Origin: Gemmata algarum
GTDB lineage: Bacteria; Planctomycetota; Planctomycetia; Gemmatales; Gemmataceae
Direction: 5' to 3'
NCBI RefSeq assembly: GCF_034097035.1
Contig: NZ_JAXBLV010000001.1
Coordinates: 155,848 to 187,847, forward strand
DNA length: 32,000 bases
The first letter of the stretch is position 1; each line of letters begins with the position of its first letter. Made by a program: the position numbers and the translations under genes. Positions 22,087-29,061 of the stretch are shown piece after piece. The notes beneath the pieces were generated by a model that was not told where the DNA came from, did not search any database, and saw only the letters and a list, made by a program, of their open reading frames with translations.

Positions 22087-25000
22087 GCGCGAACCCTCCC
22101 TCGGGCTGTGCGGACCGGGGTGTGTCGGGAACCGGGTCGCGGGTCGGCCACGGCACCGCAATCTTGGTCGCCGCCGGCGGGTTCCCCCCGTGCCGCCCGA
22201 CCTCCAACTGGCACGCGAACACCTTGCCCTCGTGCATGCTCACGTTCGCCTCGGCCACGATTGCGGTGAGGTCGTTGGCGTTACCGCCCACCACCTCGCC
22301 CGCGAACCCCCAGTGGAACGGCAGCCCCACCTGATGCACCGCACGACCGTCCACCGTCAGCGCCTTGATCCGCGGCGTCACCAGCGCCCGGCACTCGATC
22401 GCCCCGCGGGCCGAGCGCACCGTCACCCAGTCGCCGTTCGCGACCCCGCGGGCGGCGGCCAGTTCGGGGCCGATCTCTGCGAACATCTCGGGCATCAGCT
22501 CGTTGAGCCACGAGTTGAAGCGGCTCATCGGGCCGCTCAGGTAGTGCTCCGTCAGCCGGAACGTGAACGCCACCAGCGGGAACGCGGCCGTCGGCCCTTG
22601 CACAACGCTGTTCAGCGGCCCGGCAAAGGTGCGGACGGTCGGGCTGCTGGCCTGCTGGGGGTACAGCAGGTTACGCACCGGCGATTCGAGCGGCTCGTAA
22701 TGGCACGGCAGCGGGCCGTCCTTCGCGCCCTTCGGGGCGTACAACCAGCCGAGGCCGTCGGTCTTCATGATGAACGGCTGGTCGCCCCCGATCGCGGCCA
22801 TGCCCCGCGCCCCTTCGGGCGGGCGGTACGAGGGCGCCTTGCCGGGCTCGAAGTCGGGTTCGTCCGGCCCCACCCAACGGGACTGTGCTTCGTCCCACCA
22901 GATGTACCTCTTGCGCTCCGACCACGGGCGCCCCTCCGGATCGGCCGACGCACGGTTGTAGAGCACCCGGCGGTTGTGCGGCCACGCGAACCCCCAGTTC
23001 GGTTCGACCGGGTTGCCCGGGGTGCGCTCGCGCCGGTTCGCGCGGTTCCGCCCCGGCTCGGGGTACACGCCGCTGTACACCCAGCAACCGCACGCGGTGG
23101 AGCCGTCGGCCTTCAGGGCCGAGAACCCGGGGAGCAACTTCGGCCGGCCGCTGCGCGGGTCGGTTTCGGCCGTCTGGTAGCCGTTGATTTCCTGGAGCAC
23201 CTTTTCGACATCCGGCTCACCCGCGATCCGGCTCACCGTGCCATCTGGGAGGGTGTGAGGATGATCGTACTCGTAGTCCCAGGTGAGGTTGAGCAGCGGC
23301 GCGTCTTTGGGGTCGGTCGAACCGGCGTACAGCGCCCGCAGCCGCTTGCCGAGCTGGTACACGAACCACGCGTCCGAGCGCGCTTCGCCGGGCGGGTCGA
23401 GCGCCTTGTTGTGCCACTGGAGCAACCGCTGCGTGTTGGTGAGTGTACCTTCCTTCTCCACGTGACCGGCGGCCGGGATGAAAAACACCTCCGTCTTGAT
23501 GTCTTTGGCGGGCGGGCCGTTCGGGTCGTCCTTCCAAAACACGGCGCTCTCGGTCTCGAACCAGTCCGCCACCACGAGCCAGTCGAGGTTCCGCAAGGCG
23601 GCGCGCTGGAGCCCGGCGTTCATCCCTCCGCCGGCGGGGTTCTGCCCGAACAGGAAGAAGCCGGTGACCCCGCCGCGGCTCATGCGATCGAACGTGACGA
23701 GGTGCGAATGGTCGCCGTCTACCCGCGGCAGCCAGCCGAACCCGAACTCATTGTCCGGCGTCGCGGCCGGGCCGTAATAGGCCTTCAACAATGAAACGAC
23801 GAATTCCGGGAAGTTGGACCAGTAGCCGGTCTTTATGCCCTCCTTGTCAAGATACCTCTGGAGGCTCTCATGGTCGGCGTGCGCCACCGGCTGCGGCAGG
23901 TATCCGGGGAGCGTGTCGTACAGCGTGGAAACGTCGGTGCTGCCCTGGATGCTGGAGTGCCCGCGCATCGCCATAATGCCGCCCCCGGGCCGGCCGACGT
24001 TCCCCAGGAGCAGTTGCAGGATGCCCGCGGTGCGAATAATCTGGACGCCGGTGGTGTGCTGCGTCCAACCGACCGCGTACACGATCGCGCTCGTCCGGTC
24101 GCGCCCCGAGTTCGCGCACAGGAGTTCGGCAACGCGAACCATTTCCTCCGGACGACAACCGCACACCTCCGCCACCACGTCGGGCGTGTATCGCGCGAAG
24201 TGCCGCTTGAGGATCTGGAACACGCACCGCGGGTGCTGGAACGTCGGGTCCGTTCGCGGGGCGTCGCCGGCTTCGGCAACGCCCATCAGGCCATAACCGT
24301 GGGTGCCGTGCTGACCGGGCTCCGATTTCTTCTGCTCCTTGCCGCTGCCGCCCTCGTAAGCCCAGTTTCCCCCCTTCGGGTCGTACGTGCCGCTCTCCGG
24401 CCGGTAGCCGCTGAACAACCCGTCCAGGTCTTCGGCGTCCTCGAAGCCCTGCTCGATAATGGTCGCGGCGTTGGTGTACGCAGTGACGTACTCCTTAAAC
24501 CACTTATCGTGGGTCAGGACGTAGTTCACCACGCCACCCAGAAACGCGACATCGGCCCCCGCACGGATGCCGACGAACATGTCGCACAGCGCCGAGGTAC
24601 GCGAGAAGCGTGGGTCCACGTGGATCAGCGTGGCACCCGCGCCTTTTGCCCGCATCGGCCAGCGGAACCCCACCGGATGGGCCTCCGCCATGTTCGAGCC
24701 CATGATCAGAATGCAGTCACTGTTCGCCAGGTCCTGAGTAAAGTTCGTCGCCGCTCCACGCCCGAACGAAGTGCCCAGACCGGGCACCGAGGCGGAGTGT
24801 CAAATTCTTGCCTGGTTCTCGACCGGCACCACCCCAAGACCGGCGGTGAACAGTTTCTTGATGAGGTAGTTCTCTTCAACGTCAAGCGTCGCGCCGCCGA
24901 GGGTGCCGATCGTATCGAAACCGTTGAGCAACCGGCCGTCGGCCTTGCGCGTCACGAAGTCCAGGTCGCGGGCCGCCTTCACGCGCTCGGCGATCCGGTC

Positions 25001-25321
25001 GAGCGCCCAGTCCATCGACCGCTCCTCCCAGCGGTCCGAGTGCGGAGCGCGATACATTACCCGCGTGACCCGGTGCGCGTTGGTGGCGAGCTGAAAGGCG
25101 TTCGCGCCCTTGGGACAGAGCGTGCCCTCGTTGATCGGGCTGCGCGGGTCGCCTTCGATGTCGATCAGCGTGCCGCCCTTGGTGTAGATCAACTGGCCGC
25201 ACCCGACAGCGCAATAGGGGCACACACCATCGGTAGCCGTCGCGCCCCGAAGACGCGAGCCCTTATCGGCAGTTTGTGGGCTGAACGGCTGCCGTTTCGA
25301 CCAGAGCGGCAAACTGAACAT
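22076..25321 (-). CDS. Formate dehydrogenase catalytic molybdopterin subunit (FdnG/FdhA-like), selenocysteine-containing, 1081 aa with U at codon 174
   Basis: ORFs 24800..25321 and 22076..24787 are in the same frame and separated only by TGA at 24800-24802. The read-through context is NQARI-U-HSASVPGLGTSFGRGAATN, the conserved Sec/Cys-His active-site context of FdhF/FdnG enzymes. An N-terminal CPYCAVGCG...C 4Fe-4S motif is present, and molybdopterin-oxidoreductase sequence runs throughout. Confidence 0.85.
24754..24799 (-). other. SECIS-like hairpin immediately 3' of the UGA
   Basis: The RNA is UGA-CACUCCGCCUCGGUGCCCGGUCUGGGCACUUCGUUCGGGCGUGGAG. The upper stem GGUGCCC/GGGCACU carries a GGUCU apical loop, as in the E. 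coli fdhF SECIS, and starts about 12 nt after the UGA. The lower stem pairs CUCCGC with GCGUGGAG imperfectly. Confidence 0.55.
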
Positions 25322-25442
25322 CGCGCGTCCTTCTTCGGGTGGGAAACGCCGAAACCGTTGATGGCATCGTTGCGTGGTCGCGCTGCCGAAAGCTGGCGAC
25401 GTTCAGCTAGACCACATCGGGGCTTATTACGGTTGGTTGGAA

Positions 25443-25459
25443 CGCAATTCGCGCGCCGG
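25443..25459 (-). promoter_or_regulatory. Candidate sigma-54 promoter for the FDH operon (minus strand CCGGCGCGCGAATTGCG)
   Basis: GG-N10-GC spacing is correct, with -12 TTGC and -24 GGCGC instead of GGCAC. It lies about 120 nt upstream of the ATG at 25321. A sigma-54-dependent activator is encoded divergently. Confidence 0.25.
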
Positions 25460-25696
25460 GCGGTGCGATGGCCACCACGCCCCCTTCTTCCAGCATCATG
25501 CGGTCACGCCAGCCTCAGGCGGCTAAAAAGTCGAGCTTTGAGTAGTGGCACCGACCTGTACATCATGGTACCAAATCGCCCATCTATCGCCGGGCTAATG
25601 GAATCTCGTTCGCGGTTTCGGCCCCGGCACGCTTCTAGTCGTCCCGACGCGGTCATAGAAATGGGAATCGGCAACATCGGCCAAAAAATAAGGGCC

Positions 25697-25713
25697 TGGG
25701 CATCACGATTGCT
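25697..25713 (+). promoter_or_regulatory. Candidate sigma-54 promoter facing the kinase/regulator genes (TGGGCATCACGATTGCT)
   Basis: GG-N10-GC spacing is correct, with -24 GGCAT and -12 TTGCT. A 7-bp inverted repeat GCACTTT-N11-AAAGTGC follows at 25712-25736. Confidence 0.3.
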
Positions 25714-25951
25714 GCACTTTTCAGTTCATTCAAAGTGCGCGAGCGCAGAGTACCACCACTGTTCATTCGCGCAAACGTTTCCGACCTCTCGGTTTAGCGC
25801 AATGCCCGAATGGCGTGTCGGAGCACCAGCGGAATTTGGATAGATAAGGTGTGAAGGCAACACGTGTACAGAACGCACCGACTTGACCAGTTGTTGGTCA
25901 TTGTTGGAGTGTCCATGGCACATTCGCAGCTTGTGCGGAGGCAGAGAGGAC

Positions 25952-27487
25952 ATGCATTCTCGGTTGATCGCGCGGCTGACCGCTCCGGTGGTTGCGGTCA
26001 GTGTTCTCCTCATCGCGGTCGCTGCCGGGGCCGCTTGGTACGCACATAATTCGCAGCGTAACGTCTCAGTGATGCTAGACAGTCACGTGGCCAGCGTCCA
26101 TGCTGCCCAAGAACTGGAAATCAGCCTTCGCGAGATCCATGTCCAGTTCGATCGGTACCTGATCACCGGCCAGCGCAAACACCTCAGCCCAGTGCCGCGC
26201 CTGCGGGAGCACGCCACCGAGGCCCTCCGTGCGGCCGAACGGATGGCGACGACCGAGCCCGAGCAGGTACTCATGCGCAAGGTCCGCACGGGCTACGAAC
26301 ACTTCTTCGACGCGTACGATCGCCTCGAGCAGACCCCGCCCGAACAGGGCGTGTACGCGAAGGTGTTGGAGCTGATCGACACGGTTCTCACCCGCGAGAT
26401 CCTGGAACCAGCGCGCGAGTACCTGCGAGTGAACCGGGACATGCTGGATCACACCGCCAGGGCGAACCACGAGCTGTCGCAACGACTCACCGTCGGGCTC
26501 GTGGGGTTGGGCGTGTGCGGATCGGTCGCCGGGCTTTTGGGTGGGTGGGCGATCGCGGTATCGCTCCGCCGCTCACTGCTCGACACCGACCGCGTGCTGC
26601 GCGACACTGCGGCACTGCTGGGTGAGGCGGTGCCGGCAGCCGACGGGGAAGTCCCCCGACGGGAGCAATCCGAGACGACCGTTCAGCGCGTGACGCAAGC
26701 AGCGGCTGCGGTTCTAAATCGGCTTAAGAAAACCGAGCGGGACGCCCTGCGAGCCGAGCAGCTCGCCTGGGTCGGCCAGATGGCGGCCGGTATCGCGCAC
26801 GAGGTACGAAACCCGCTCACCGTCATCAAACTACTGGTTCAGGCGGCTACTGATCCGCGCCGAGCCAACGGGTTTCGGCCACAGGATTTACGGGTGCTGG
26901 AAGGCGAGATCTTGCGTCTCGAGCAGATCATCCGCACGTTCCTCGATTTCGCCCGCCCGCCGCGCCCAGATAAGAGGAGTGTGGTCCCGGCTGAGTTGAT
27001 CCGAGACTGCGTTGCGGGAGTGACCGCTCGGGCCGAGTTGCAGGGAGTGACTGTAAGGGCGGTTGCGTCGGCGGACTTACCGCCGCTCGACGCAGACCCC
27101 GGACAACTCGGTCAAGTGCTCTACAACCTTCTGTTCAATGCGCTTGACGTCCTCCCGTCCGGTGGAACGGTGCGGGTAACAGCCGCTGTCACGCCCGGTG
27201 ACACTGGCACAGGCACGCCGGGGGGCATGCTTACCGTACTCGTATCGGACACCGGCCCCGGGTTGCCGGTGGGACTGGAGGAGCAAATCTTCGACCCGTT
27301 CATCAGCACGAAAGAGACAGGACTGGGGCTCGGACTGTCCATCTGCCGGCGGATCGTGGAGGCGCACGGCGGATCGATCGGCGCAACCAACGGCCCGGCC
27401 GGAGGGGCGGTGTTTGTGATCCGCCTTCCGTGCCGGGCGCAAACGAACGCCCGACCTGCCCCGCTCAGCCCCGCAGGAGCCACGTGA
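25952..27487 (+). CDS. Sensor histidine kinase (NtrB/AtoS-like), 511 aa
   Basis: Two hydrophobic segments are present. The H-box is AGIAHEVRNPL, the N-box is LYNLLFNALDV, G1 is SDTGPGLP and G2 is GLGLGLSICRRIVEAHGG. ATG at 25952 is preceded by GGAGGCAGAGAGGA. Confidence 0.85.
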   Translation: MHSRLIARLTAPVVAVSVLLIAVAAGAAWYAHNSQRNVSVMLDSHVASVHAAQELEISLREIHVQFDRYLITGQRKHLSPVPRLREHATEALRAAERMATTEPEQVLMRKVRTGYEHFFDAYDRLEQTPPEQGVYAKVLELIDTVLTREILEPAREYLRVNRDMLDHTARANHELSQRLTVGLVGLGVCGSVAGLLGGWAIAVSLRRSLLDTDRVLRDTAALLGEAVPAADGEVPRREQSETTVQRVTQAAAAVLNRLKKTERDALRAEQLAWVGQMAAGIAHEVRNPLTVIKLLVQAATDPRRANGFRPQDLRVLEGEILRLEQIIRTFLDFARPPRPDKRSVVPAELIRDCVAGVTARAELQGVTVRAVASADLPPLDADPGQLGQVLYNLLFNALDVLPSGGTVRVTAAVTPGDTGTGTPGGMLTVLVSDTGPGLPVGLEEQIFDPFISTKETGLGLGLSICRRIVEAHGGSIGATNGPAGGAVFVIRLPCRAQTNARPAPLSPAGAT

Positions 27488-28959
27488 TGCCGAAGGTGCT
27501 CATCATCGACGACGAGCCCGGAATTTTATATTCGCTCAAATCCGCACTCGATCGTGGTAACACCGCGGTGGCGACTGCCGCGACCGCCAAACAGGGGTTA
27601 GCTGCGGTGGCGCGCGAGCGCCCGGACGCGGTAATCCTCGACGTGCGGTTGCCGGACATGTCGGGCCTCGACGCGTTCTTACTCATTCGGGAGGCCGACC
27701 CTCGGTTACCGGTAATCGTAATCACTGCGCACGGCAGCACCGAGACCGCCATTGAGGCCACCAAGCGTGGTGCGTTCGAGTATCTGCTCAAACCGATCGA
27801 CCTGCACCAACTCGACGAGGTGCTCGGGCGCGCCTTCGAGGTGCGCCGGGCGCAGGCCGCACCGGCGGCGTCCGAAGACATTGCGGCGCCCGAGGACGGC
27901 GCCGATACAGATCAGATCGTCGGGCAGTGCCCGGCGATGCTCGAAGTTTATAAGGTTATTGGGCGCATTGCGCCGCAAGACGTGCCCGTTCTCATTCTGG
28001 GCGAGAGTGGCACCGGCAAAGAATTGGTCGCGCGCGCTCTGTACCAACATTCTCTGCGGTCCGGACAGCCGTTCGTAGCAATCAACTGCGCGGCGATCCC
28101 GGACGCGCTCTTAGAGAGCGAGCTGTTCGGACATGAGAAGGGCGCATTCACCGGGGCCGACCGGCGCCGGGTGGGCAAGTTCGAGCAGGCGCAAGGCGGC
28201 ACCGTGTTTCTTGACGAAATCGGCGACATGCCACCGGCGGCACAGGCCAAGATGTTGCGGTTGCTGCAGGACCAGCGGTTCGAGCGGGTAGGCGGAAACG
28301 AGTCGGTGCAGACCGACGTGCGGGTGCTCGCAGCGACCAACCGCGACCTGTCGGTCCTGGTACGGGAGAACAAATTCCGTGAGGACCTGCTTTACCGACT
28401 CAACTCGTTCACGGTCACACTGCCGCCCCTGCGTGACCGTATGGGCGATATCGAACCGCTAGTGAGTCACTTTGTGACGGCCGCTAACCGCAAACTGAAG
28501 AAGAATGTCCGCGGGGTGGACCCTACGGCGCGGGCCGTTCTAGAAGCGCATCGCTGGCCCGGCAACGTCCGTGAGTTGCAGAACGCAATGCGGTACGCGG
28601 TGGTACAGGCCGTGGGTGAGGTGATCACTCCGGACTGCCTGCCGGCATCGTTACGTGGCGCGGCAGCACCGCCAAGCGACGCGCTGGAACTGACCGCGCT
28701 GATTACAAGCCTGCTGCGAGTCGGTGCCACCGACATCTATCGGCAGGTAACCCAAACCGTGGACCGGGCACTGTTAACGGCCGTATTAGGACACGTTCAC
28801 GGAAACCAGAAGCAGGCCGCGGACCGATTAGGCATCTCGCGCACTACTCTCCGTGCGAAGCTCCAGACCCTCGGTTTGGGTATCGAGAAGCATGTTCGGA
28901 GTGTGGACGGCAGCGAAGACCCGGGCGGCGTAAGCCCGGATTCGGTGACCACTGAATGA
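27487..28959 (+). CDS. Sigma-54-dependent response regulator (NtrC family), 490 aa
   Basis: The receiver domain contains VLIIDDE...DAVILDVRLPDMSG. The AAA+ domain has GESGTGKE and the GAFTGA motif (ELFGHEKGAFTGA). A C-terminal Fis-type HTH (GNQKQAADRLGISRTTLRAKL) is present. The ATG shares one base with the kinase TGA. Confidence 0.9.
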   Translation: MPKVLIIDDEPGILYSLKSALDRGNTAVATAATAKQGLAAVARERPDAVILDVRLPDMSGLDAFLLIREADPRLPVIVITAHGSTETAIEATKRGAFEYLLKPIDLHQLDEVLGRAFEVRRAQAAPAASEDIAAPEDGADTDQIVGQCPAMLEVYKVIGRIAPQDVPVLILGESGTGKELVARALYQHSLRSGQPFVAINCAAIPDALLESELFGHEKGAFTGADRRRVGKFEQAQGGTVFLDEIGDMPPAAQAKMLRLLQDQRFERVGGNESVQTDVRVLAATNRDLSVLVRENKFREDLLYRLNSFTVTLPPLRDRMGDIEPLVSHFVTAANRKLKKNVRGVDPTARAVLEAHRWPGNVRELQNAMRYAVVQAVGEVITPDCLPASLRGAAAPPSDALELTALITSLLRVGATDIYRQVTQTVDRALLTAVLGHVHGNQKQAADRLGISRTTLRAKLQTLGLGIEKHVRSVDGSEDPGGVSPDSVTTE

Positions 28960-28996
28960 GCCCGCTCAGCGCCAGGACGGCAAGTCAGCACCGCCG

Positions 28997-29035
28997 ATAC
29001 GGTGTCCGTGAGAAGAGCTCTCCCGGACACCGTAT
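28997..29035. terminator. Bidirectional terminator-like hairpin between convergent genes
   Basis: A 12-bp perfect stem pairs ATACGGTGTCCG with CGGACACCGTAT. The 15-nt loop itself contains the palindrome AGAGCTCT. There is no strong T-tract. Confidence 0.45.
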
Positions 29036-29061
29036 GAGCCATACCCCGAACGGGTGCAACG

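Noticed and set aside
24787-24802. Apparent split of the FDH alpha subunit into two genes, or a pseudogene
   Set aside because: The break is a single TGA in a canonical Sec active-site context with a downstream SECIS-like hairpin. I interpret it as selenocysteine recoding.
25546-25560. Perfect TGGCAC -24 box at 25546 (plus strand)
   Set aside because: The -12 position reads TGTA rather than TTGC/GC at the required spacing, so I rank it below the two candidates listed in the features.
20848-25843. Very long plus-strand ORFs (20848..22269, 21944..23794, 23870..25843; up to 657 aa) antisense to the FDH operon
   Set aside because: Their Arg/Pro/Gly/Ala-dominated composition is typical of antisense frames in high-GC DNA. 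The opposite strand encodes proteins with unambiguous molybdopterin, Fe-S and NrfD signatures.
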